Shown: positions 1 to 6,116 of the stretch, piece after piece
Numbering within the stretch: the first letter of the stretch is position 1
How the letters are laid out: each line of letters begins with the position of its first letter
Assembly (NCBI GenBank): GCA_035357435.1
Contig: DAOPNM010000009.1
Coordinates: 1-18,465 of the forward strand
Source: an archaeon
GTDB taxonomy: Archaea > Iainarchaeota > Iainarchaeia > Iainarchaeales > CSSED10-239
Direction of reading: 5' to 3'
DNA: 18,465 nucleotides
Notes under the pieces: model-generated
Told to the model about the DNA's origin: nothing
Seen by the model: the letters and a program-made list of their open reading frames with translations, nothing else
The model's database searches: none
Made by a program: the position numbers and the translations under genes

Positions 1-8
1 GTGAAAAA

Positions 9-623
9 ATGGAAAAAAAAGAAAAAAAAGAAAATGAGCAACCAACAGAAAAGCAAACAAAAAGTGTTGGCCCACAAAAAGTGAGTGGAAGAGGTACTTC
101 TTCTAGAAAAGCTCCATCTAATTTAGATATTTCTAAGTTTGGTTCAGATTTTAAAAATATTGTAAGAATTGCAAATACAGATATTCCTGGGTTTATGAGA
201 ATAGGACATGGTTTAACATTAATTTATGGTATTTCAAACAGAGGTGGGAATATTATTGAAAATATTTTAGAAAACAAAATTAATAGAAAAGTAGAAAGAA
301 TAGGGCAATTAAAAGATAATGAAGTTGTTGAATTAGAAGAAATTGTAACACATTTGGACAAATATGTACCTGAATGGGTTTTAAATAAACCAAGACAAGT
401 AGAAGATGGTTCTGCACATTTAATTACTGCTGATTTAAAACTTGCACAAAGAAAAGATATTCAAAGATTAGGTCAAACACGAAGTTATAAAGGTTTAAGG
501 CATCAATGGGGTTTAACTGTCAGAGGACAAAAAACAAGATCAACTGGTAGAAAAGCATCTGTTGTTGGTGTTATTAAAGCAAAAGAAATGAAAGGTGGAG
601 CATCAAAACCTAAAGAAAAATAG
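9..623 (+). CDS. rps13: 30S ribosomal protein uS13 (archaeal S13P / S18e type)
   Basis: From about residue 50 the translation reads FKNIVRIANTDIPG...GISNRGG...DLKLAQRKDIQRL...SYKGLRHQWGLTVRGQKTRSTGR, the uS13 core and C-terminal signature. It is the first gene of the conserved archaeal S13-S4-S11-RpoD block. The start is uncertain: the frame is open to the left window edge (codons 3-8 have no stop) and an in-frame GTG lies at 81. Confidence 0.9.
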   Translation: MEKKEKKENEQPTEKQTKSVGPQKVSGRGTSSRKAPSNLDISKFGSDFKNIVRIANTDIPGFMRIGHGLTLIYGISNRGGNIIENILENKINRKVERIGQLKDNEVVELEEIVTHLDKYVPEWVLNKPRQVEDGSAHLITADLKLAQRKDIQRLGQTRSYKGLRHQWGLTVRGQKTRSTGRKASVVGVIKAKEMKGGASKPKEK

Positions 624-636
624 AATGTGAATAAAT

Positions 637-1275
637 ATGGGTAATCCAAAAAGACTTAGAAGAAGATATGATGTCCCAAGAAAAAGATGGGATAAAGAGC
701 TTATTGATCGTGATAAAAAATTAATGGAAGAATATGGATTAGTAAGGAAAAAAGAAATTTGGAAAGCAGAATCTATTGTCCGTGGGTTTAGAAAAAGAGC
801 AAGACAAATATTAGCAGGTAATATTGAAGATTTAGAAACAAGGAAACAAGAACTTTTAAATAAATTAATTTCCATAGGTATACTTACAAAAGATAATAAA
901 TTAGAAGATGTCCTTAAATTACAAGTTACGGATTATTTAGATAGAAGATTACAAACTGTTGTTTATAGAAAAGGTTTTGCATTAACCCCAAAACAAGCAC
1001 GTCAATTAATAACACATGGACATATATTAGTTAATGGACGGAAAAGAACAATTCCTGGTTCTATTGTAAAAATAACTGATGAAGTTGTATATTCAAACAA
1101 TAAAATAAAAGAAGTTATAGAAAAATCCATAGAAGCAAAAGGAAAACCATATTATAAAAATAAAGAAAAAAAAGGACTTTCTAATCAAGAAAGTAAACAA
1201 TCAGAATTAAATGATAAGGATTTAGAAATAAAAGAAAAACCGAAAAAAGTTGATGAGGTTTTAGATAAAATTTAA
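637..1275 (+). CDS. rps4: 30S ribosomal protein uS4 (archaeal S4P / S9e type)
   Basis: The N-terminus [35 protein letters not shown] is typical of archaeal/eukaryotic uS4. An S4 RNA-binding domain follows ([44 protein letters not shown]). Position is directly after uS13. It carries an extra K/E-rich C-terminal tail. Confidence 0.93.
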   Translation: MGNPKRLRRRYDVPRKRWDKELIDRDKKLMEEYGLVRKKEIWKAESIVRGFRKRARQILAGNIEDLETRKQELLNKLISIGILTKDNKLEDVLKLQVTDYLDRRLQTVVYRKGFALTPKQARQLITHGHILVNGRKRTIPGSIVKITDEVVYSNNKIKEVIEKSIEAKGKPYYKNKEKKGLSNQESKQSELNDKDLEIKEKPKKVDEVLDKI

Positions 1276-1288
1276 TTGGTGTTAATTT

Positions 1289-1681
1289 ATGGCAACTGAA
1301 ATAAAAAAAGGAATTGTACACATCTATTCTACAAGAAATAATACAAATGTTGTATTAACGGATGAAACAGGAGCAGAGATAATTGCAAAAGCATCTGGTG
1401 GTCAATTAACAAAAGCACAACATAAGGAAGGATCACCATATATTGCAATGAAAGTTGCAGAGATTATTTGTGATAAAGCAAAAGAAAAAGGCATTACAGA
1501 TGTTTATGTTAAAATAAGAGCACCAGGTGGAAATACATATAATAATCCAGGGCAAGGTGCAGAACCTGCTCTTAAAACATTAACAAGGCATGGTTTAAGA
1601 GTAATAAATATTCAAAATGTGACACCTGTGCCACATGATGGTTGTAGAAGAAAAAAAAGATATAGAAAAAGGAAAATATGA
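1289..1681 (+). CDS. rps11: 30S ribosomal protein uS11
   Basis: GIVHIYSTRNNTNVVLTDETGAEIIAKASGG...IRAPGGN...PGQGAEPALKTLTRHGLRVINIQNVTPVPHDGCRRKK is the uS11 fold signature. Syntenic position fits. A GGTG lies at 1277-1280 upstream of the ATG. Confidence 0.95.
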   Translation: MATEIKKGIVHIYSTRNNTNVVLTDETGAEIIAKASGGQLTKAQHKEGSPYIAMKVAEIICDKAKEKGITDVYVKIRAPGGNTYNNPGQGAEPALKTLTRHGLRVINIQNVTPVPHDGCRRKKRYRKRKI

Positions 1682-1693
1682 GGTGTTTAATTA

Positions 1694-2434
1694 GTGACCC
1701 CTAAAATAAAATTTTTAGATGTTGATGGTAAAGTTTATAGATTTCAAATAGATGGCATTACACCTACATATTTAAATGCAATTAGACGAATAATTACTTA
1801 TGGATTACCTATATATGCTATAGATGATATTGATTTTTATGAAAACGATTCAGTTACTGTTGATGAAATGTTAGCAAATAGAATTGGACTTTGTCCTATC
1901 ATTACACCATTAGCAAGTTCTGGAAAGAAAGTTACTTTTAATTTAGATAAAACAGGCCCTTGTACTGTTTATTCCAAAGATTTAGTTTCTTTAGATCCAG
2001 AAATTAAATGTGTTTATGATACAATCCCATTAACAAAATTAAAAGAAGGAGAAAAATTAAAATTAGATGCATTTGCAACACTAGGGACAGGTGCAACACA
2101 TACAAAATATTCTCCTGCAATTGTTTCATATATTCAATTACAAGATTTAGAGGTTTTAAACAATAAAGTTGCAACAGAATATATTAAAGAGCATCAACCA
2201 CCAGAAAATTGTATACAGATAGTTTCAGGAAAACCAGTTTTGAAATCTAGTGTTGTTTCAGGAGCATGTGCAGTATATATTGAGCAATCACAAAATAGTT
2301 TAAAACTTATTGATACAGATAATTATATATTAAACATAGAATTAATTGGCCAAATTTCCATACAAGATTTATTAGAGTTATTCATAAGAACCTTGAAAGA
2401 ATATGTGTCTGTATTAAAAAAAAAAATAAAATGA
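1694..2434 (+). CDS. rpoD: DNA-directed RNA polymerase subunit D (Rpo3)
   Basis: The N-terminal motif ITPTYLNAIRRIITYGLPIYAIDDIDFYENDSVTVDEMLANRIGLCPI matches the RpoD/RPB3 dimerisation-domain signature. Its position after uS11 is conserved in archaea. The start is GTG, preceded by SD-like GAGGTG (1680-1685, overlapping the rps11 stop) at 8-nt spacing. Confidence 0.85.
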   Translation: MTPKIKFLDVDGKVYRFQIDGITPTYLNAIRRIITYGLPIYAIDDIDFYENDSVTVDEMLANRIGLCPIITPLASSGKKVTFNLDKTGPCTVYSKDLVSLDPEIKCVYDTIPLTKLKEGEKLKLDAFATLGTGATHTKYSPAIVSYIQLQDLEVLNNKVATEYIKEHQPPENCIQIVSGKPVLKSSVVSGACAVYIEQSQNSLKLIDTDNYILNIELIGQISIQDLLELFIRTLKEYVSVLKKKIK

Positions 2435-2436
2435 TT

Positions 2437-2518
2437 GCAGGGGTTCCCGAGCGGCCAAAGGGGCAGGACTTAAGATCCTGTGCTTAGTGCTTCGTAGGTT
2501 CGAATCCTACCCCCTGCA
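2437..2518 (+). tRNA. tRNA-Leu (anticodon UAA), CCA not encoded
   Basis: GC-rich island in AT-rich DNA. Acceptor GCAGGGG/CCCCTGC (7 bp) with discriminator A. Anticodon stem CAGGA/TCCTG with loop CTTAAGA gives anticodon TAA. Long variable arm (class II, as in Leu). T arm GTAGG-TTCGAAT-CCTAC. It starts 2 nt after the rpoD stop. Confidence 0.93.
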
Positions 2519-2533
2519 TTTTTTAAATGCAGG
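2513..2533 (+). other. Perfect 9-bp hairpin (CCTGCATTT-TTT-AAATGCAGG) overlapping the tRNA-Leu 3' acceptor strand and trailer
   Basis: Left arm 2513-2521, loop 2522-2524, right arm 2525-2533, read directly. The right arm copies the tRNA 5' end (TGCAGG), so it can compete with the acceptor stem. Confidence 0.6.
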
Positions 2534-2562
2534 AATTAAAAAAAAATAAAAAACGATAAAAA

Positions 2563-2928
2563 ATGACAATAAAAAAAGTTAGAGAAAAAAGTTTAGATAA
2601 ACAAAAATTAATTTCAGATTTATATAATGCCACAAAAATAAAGAAAAAGGACATTTATAAAAGAATTGCAGAAATTTTAGAAACTGCACGAAGAAAAAAT
2701 GTTTCTGTAAATCTAAATAAATTACAAAAATTAGATGTTGTAAAAGATGGGGCAATTGTTGTTGTTCCTGGGAAAGTTTTAAGTACAGGAAATTTAAATA
2801 AAAAAATAATTGTTTATGCATTAAATTATTCTAAATTAGCAAAAGAAAAACTTGGTGCAAATGCAAAATCATTAAATAATTTTTTAAATGATAAAATTGA
2901 TTATACCAAAACAATAATAATTAAATGA
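2563..2928 (+). CDS. rpl18e: 50S ribosomal protein L18e (eL18)
   Basis: About 120 aa and basic. RRKNVSVNLNKLQKL...GAIVVVPGKVLSTGNLNKKIIVYALNYSKLAKEKL matches the L18e pattern (VVVPGKVLG.G.L). The slot between rpoD and rpl13 is canonical. Confidence 0.82.
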   Translation: MTIKKVREKSLDKQKLISDLYNATKIKKKDIYKRIAEILETARRKNVSVNLNKLQKLDVVKDGAIVVVPGKVLSTGNLNKKIIVYALNYSKLAKEKLGANAKSLNNFLNDKIDYTKTIIIK

Positions 2929-2939
2929 GGTTTTAATAG

Positions 2940-3356
2940 ATGAAAGTAATAGATGCTAAAAATCAAATATTAGGAAGATTTTGTTCTAATATTGCCACAA
3001 CATTAACAAAGTCAAGGGATAAAATAATTATTGTAAATGCAAGATATGTAATAATTAGTGGTAACAAAAATGATATATTTGAGAAATATGATGAAAGAGC
3101 AGAAAGAAAAAGTAAAGGGAACCCTCAAAGAAATCCAAAATATCCAAGATATCCTGATGCAATTGTAAAAAAAACTATTAGAAGGATGTTACCAAAAGGT
3201 CCAAAAGGAGACGAGGCAATCAAAAGATTAAAAGTGTATATTGATGTTCCAGAAGAATATAAAAAAGAAATTTCGGAATCACCTAATTTTTCTAAAGAAA
3301 TTAAAGGTATAACTTTAGAAGAATTGTCTAAACATTTGGGTGCAAATTTAAAATAA
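2940..3356 (+). CDS. rpl13: 50S ribosomal protein uL13
   Basis: VIDAKNQILGRFCSNIATTL...IIIVNARYVIISGNK...TIRRMLPKGPKGDEAIKRLKVY is the uL13 signature. SD-like TGAGGT (2926-2931) overlaps the rpl18e stop. Confidence 0.93.
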   Translation: MKVIDAKNQILGRFCSNIATTLTKSRDKIIIVNARYVIISGNKNDIFEKYDERAERKSKGNPQRNPKYPRYPDAIVKKTIRRMLPKGPKGDEAIKRLKVYIDVPEEYKKEISESPNFSKEIKGITLEELSKHLGANLK

Positions 3357-3370
3357 AAATGTGAAATATT

Positions 3371-3781
3371 ATGGTAAAAGTATATAATGCACAAGCTTCA
3401 AGAAAAAATGCAAAAGCAAGAATAACTGTTAAACCAGGAACAGGAGTTATAAGAATTAATAATTATTTATTAGAAGCATTTACAAGCTCAAGCCCTTATA
3501 AAAAAGAGTTAGTATTAGAGCCTGCACATCTTATTCCTGAGGAATTTAATAAATTTGATTATGATATTATTGTAAATGGTGGAGGTATAATGGCTCAATT
3601 GCAAGCTGCAAGGAGTGCTATTGCAAAAGGTCTTTTGAAAGCAAACCATAATAAAAAATCAATTAAAGATAAATTTTTAGAATATGATAAACACCTCTTA
3701 GTTGATGATGTAAGAAGACAAGAACCTAAAAAGCAATTAGGTAGAGGTGCAAGGAAGAAAAAGCAAAAATCTAAAAGGTGA
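3371..3781 (+). CDS. rps9: 30S ribosomal protein uS9
   Basis: [22 protein letters not shown]...[20 protein letters not shown]...[25 protein letters not shown] is the classic uS9 core with the C-terminal ...KR end. Confidence 0.93.
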   Translation: MVKVYNAQASRKNAKARITVKPGTGVIRINNYLLEAFTSSSPYKKELVLEPAHLIPEEFNKFDYDIIVNGGGIMAQLQAARSAIAKGLLKANHNKKSIKDKFLEYDKHLLVDDVRRQEPKKQLGRGARKKKQKSKR

Positions 3782-3788
3782 AATAGAT

Positions 3789-3983
3789 ATGATTGTACCT
3801 GTAAGATGTTTTTCTTGTGGTCAAGTTATTGGTGACAAATATGATGAATACAAAAGACTTGTAGAGCAAGAAGGAAAAACAAAAGATGAAGCATTAAATA
3901 TTCTAGGTGTGAAAAAATATTGTTGTAGAAGAATGTTTTTAACACAAGTAGATTTAATTGATGATGTTATGAAATATAAATGA
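3789..3983 (+). CDS. rpoN: DNA-directed RNA polymerase subunit N (Rpo10)
   Basis: [21 protein letters not shown]...[17 protein letters not shown] is the RpoN/RPB10 zinc-bundle signature (CxxC...CC). I use the internal ATG at 3789. It is preceded by AGGTGA (3776-3781, overlapping the rps9 stop) at 7-nt spacing. The track start at 3747 would overlap rps9. Confidence 0.9.
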   Translation: MIVPVRCFSCGQVIGDKYDEYKRLVEQEGKTKDEALNILGVKKYCCRRMFLTQVDLIDDVMKYK

Positions 3984-3992
3984 GTGAAAATT

Positions 3993-4796
3993 ATGAATTC
4001 AAAGCAAGAAAATTTTTTTTCTGAAAAACCAGATGTAGAAAAAAAACAAGATCAAAAAACAATTGTTGATATTGATATGTATTTAAAATATGGTGCACAT
4101 ATCGGTACAAAATATAAAAATGGACATATGAAAAGATTTATTTTTAAAGCAAGACCAGATAAGTTGAATGTAATGGATGTTCAATTAGTTGATTCAAGAA
4201 TTAAAATAGCAATAGATTTTATTTTTAAATATAAACCAGAAGATGTTGTTTTTATTTCTAGAAAGAGATATGCTTTGCCAGGAATGAAGTTTTTAGAAAA
4301 AAATTTTAATTATAAAATTTTAGTAGATAGATTTATTCCAGGAACGTTTACAAATCCAAATTCGGAACATTTTATTGAACCAAAATTAGTATTTATTGCA
4401 GACCCAAACGTTGATAGGCAAGCAGTAGAAGAAGCAACTAAAGCAAGAATACCAATTGTGGCATTAGCTACTACATCTAGTAATACAAGAAATATAGATT
4501 TGATTATTCCTTTTAATAATAAAGGTAAAAAATCAGTTGCATTATTTTTTTGGATATTAAATAGAGAGTTGTTATTAAAAAACGGTTTCCTTAAATCTCC
4601 AGATGATTATAAACACAAATTAGATGATTTTGTTTATGAAACTGCATCTGATGAAAGGACTGATGTGTATGAAAAAGACCAAACAAGAAGAAAGTTTATA
4701 AAATCCCAAAAAGATGATCAAAGAAAAACAAAGCGACATTCAAGGCAATCTACACAGCAACCAAGGGTATTCCATAACACAACAACCTATAGATGA
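3993..4796 (+). CDS. rps2: 30S ribosomal protein uS2 (archaeal S2P / SAe type)
   Basis: YLKYGAHIGTKYKNGHMKRFIFKARPDKLNVMDVQLVDSRIKIA...LVFIADPNVDRQAVEEATKARIPIVALATTSSN is the uS2 core. I prefer the ATG at 3993, which has GAGTGA upstream. The alternative GTG at 3984 directly abuts the rpoN stop. It has long charged N- and C-terminal extensions. Confidence 0.9.
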   Translation: MNSKQENFFSEKPDVEKKQDQKTIVDIDMYLKYGAHIGTKYKNGHMKRFIFKARPDKLNVMDVQLVDSRIKIAIDFIFKYKPEDVVFISRKRYALPGMKFLEKNFNYKILVDRFIPGTFTNPNSEHFIEPKLVFIADPNVDRQAVEEATKARIPIVALATTSSNTRNIDLIIPFNNKGKKSVALFFWILNRELLLKNGFLKSPDDYKHKLDDFVYETASDERTDVYEKDQTRRKFIKSQKDDQRKTKRHSRQSTQQPRVFHNTTTYR

Positions 4797-4816
4797 TTAA
4801 TATAAAATTAGATTTG

Positions 4817-4868
4817 TGAAGGATAAATATATTCAAATACTAATTTTGTTAATCCTTCATTTTTTTTT
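4817..4868 (+). terminator. Hairpin plus T9 tract ending the r-protein/RNAP cluster
   Basis: TGAAGGAT (4817-4824) pairs with ATCCTTCA (4852-4859), an 8-bp stem with a 27-nt loop. Nine T residues (4860-4868) follow immediately. Oligo-T tracts are the known archaeal termination signal. It lies 21 nt after the rps2 stop. Confidence 0.45.
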
Positions 4869-4873
4869 AGTTT

Positions 4874-4932
4874 AAACATTTAAAATAAGTTGTTGTTGAA
4901 TTGCTATTGAATAAATATATATTTAAATGTTT
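4874..4932. promoter_or_regulatory. 11-bp inverted repeat AAACATTTAAA / TTTAAATGTTT upstream of the TrmB-family gene (candidate operator)
   Basis: Arms at 4874-4884 and 4922-4932, read directly. The right arm overlaps a TATA-like tract (ATATATTTAAAT) about 60 nt upstream of the ATG at 4986. AT-rich context lowers significance. Confidence 0.25.
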
Positions 4933-4985
4933 TGTTCTTCCATTATATTGTTTTTAAAGAAAAATTAATTAATTGAAGTGATTAT

Positions 4986-5711
4986 ATGAAAGATGTATCT
5001 CTTTTAAATATTTTAAAGGAATTAGATCTTACAGAATATGAAGCAAAAGCATTGATTACTCTTTTTAAATTTTCAGAAGCAGACGCCCCTACAATAAGTA
5101 GGAATTCAGAAATTCCAAAAACAAGAATTTATGATGTTTTGGGAAAATTAAAAGAGAAAGGCCTTGTATTAGAGGTTTATGCAAAACCTAAAACATATAA
5201 AGTGATTAATCCAAATGATATTTTTAAAAATCTATTAGAAGCAAAAAATAAAGAATTTTCTGAACTTAATCAAAAAGTTCAAGATGTTTTATCAAAAAGG
5301 AATTGGAATACTCAAGTATTGAATACAAAAGAAAAAATATTACAAATTAATGCTTTAAAGGACTATAATAAATTTCTTGCACAAGAGTTTGCAACAGCAC
5401 AAAAAGAAATATGTGGGTTTACACAATTAGATGAAAGAATTGATTCTTTTAAAGAGATTTTTAACAAAAATAATTTGTCAATAAAAATACTTACAAGACC
5501 AATGACAAAAGTATTTGATCTCCCAAAAACAGTAGAAGTTCAAGAATATGACCATTCCTTAGACACATTTATTTTAGATCGAAAAAAAGTAATTATGGCA
5601 TTAAATGATTTATCTATACCAAAAAAAACATATCATTTAACAATACAAGAAAATAATCCTTCTTTGGCAAATGCACTGTTAATGCATTTTAATAGTTATT
5701 GGAAGAAATAG
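4986..5711 (+). CDS. TrmB-family winged-helix transcriptional regulator
   Basis: The N-terminal LTEYEAKALITLFKFSEADAPTISRNSEIPKTRIYDVLGKLKEKGLVLEV matches the TrmB HTH domain pattern (L.E.E...Y..L...G..t..eia...gip..rvY.vL..L..kGlv). A coiled-coil-like linker and a C-terminal domain follow. Confidence 0.75.
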   Translation: MKDVSLLNILKELDLTEYEAKALITLFKFSEADAPTISRNSEIPKTRIYDVLGKLKEKGLVLEVYAKPKTYKVINPNDIFKNLLEAKNKEFSELNQKVQDVLSKRNWNTQVLNTKEKILQINALKDYNKFLAQEFATAQKEICGFTQLDERIDSFKEIFNKNNLSIKILTRPMTKVFDLPKTVEVQEYDHSLDTFILDRKKVIMALNDLSIPKKTYHLTIQENNPSLANALLMHFNSYWKK

Positions 5712-5829
5712 TTTTTTTAGATTATCTTGTTTTTTAAAAATAATGTTTAATAGAAGCATTGTTTTTTTAAATATTTTTATTAGATTATAAATAATTCTTT
5801 TTTTATACCTTTCTTTATATTGTTTATTA

Positions 5830-6081
5830 ATGGCAAAGAAATCAATTTTAAAGCAGCTACCTATTTTTAAAAAAAACTGGTATACAGAGGTTTTTACAAA
5901 AGAATATTTTAAGAAGCACACTACTTTTTCATGTATGTTATTAGTAATTGGATTTTTAATAGTTTATTCTTTTATAATTTTATTGTTTAATTTCTCTTTG
6001 CAAACATTTATACAATTTATTTTAAAAGTTATTGCAGTTATATTATTATTAATAATTATAAAAACATTTATTGAGTCATAA
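5830..6081 (+). CDS. Small hypothetical membrane protein (2 predicted TM helices)
   Basis: 83 codons without a stop in AT-rich DNA, where stops are frequent. Basic N-terminus, then two hydrophobic spans (FSCMLLVIGFLIVYSFIILLF and FIQFILKVIAVILLLIIIKTF). Same strand as gltX and 35 nt upstream of it. No family recognised. Confidence 0.45.
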   Translation: MAKKSILKQLPIFKKNWYTEVFTKEYFKKHTTFSCMLLVIGFLIVYSFIILLFNFSLQTFIQFILKVIAVILLLIIIKTFIES

Positions 6082-6116
6082 GTATTGTATGAATAAAAAA
6101 TTTTAGGTAAACAAAT

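Noticed and set aside
603-875. Antisense ORFs in the supplied track that overlap well-supported genes: 603-875(-), 2579-2821(-), 3125-3394(-), 6068-6259(-), 7136-7390(-), 10078-10275(-), 10833-11069(-), 12485-12691(-).
   Set aside because: Each lies opposite a confidently identified conserved gene. Their translations are low-complexity Phe/Leu/Ile/Lys strings, the mirror image of Lys/Glu/Asn-rich sense codons, with no recognisable motifs. These are shadow ORFs.
2416-2426. A11 homopolymer at the 3' end of rpoD, and similar A8-A10 runs elsewhere, as programmed frameshift or slippage sites or assembly errors.
   Set aside because: All affected reading frames stay intact through conserved motifs and end at sensible stops. 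The runs simply encode poly-Lys in a Lys-rich proteome.
1694-2434. RpoD domain 3 retains only two Cys (C173, C192), so it cannot bind the 4Fe-4S cluster seen in some archaeal RpoD proteins.
   Set aside because: Presence or absence of the cluster is known to vary among archaeal lineages, so this is not unusual on its own.
2437-2518. tRNA genes (Leu, Thr, Ile) as integration sites of mobile elements, and the tRNA-Leu position inside the operon as a novelty.
   Set aside because: There is no integrase, no direct repeat of a tRNA 3' half and no foreign-looking gene block next to any of the three tRNAs. As I recall, a tRNA gene between rpoD and rpl18e has also been described in other archaeal alpha-operon-equivalent regions, so the position itself is probably ancestral.
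3747-3788. The longer RpoN start at 3747 given by the ORF track.
   Set aside because: It would overlap rps9 by 35 nt and add 14 non-conserved residues. The ATG at 3789 yields the canonical [12 protein letters not shown]-terminus and has an AGGTGA at ideal spacing.
5679-5921. 80-aa minus-strand ORF spanning the trmB 3' end, the intergenic region and the start of the small membrane ORF.
   Set aside because: It overlaps the TrmB-family CDS by 33 nt and the plus-strand 2-TM ORF by 92 nt. It shows no motif or topology signal and opposes the local transcription direction. The plus-strand ORF has a coherent 2-TM architecture and operon-like spacing.
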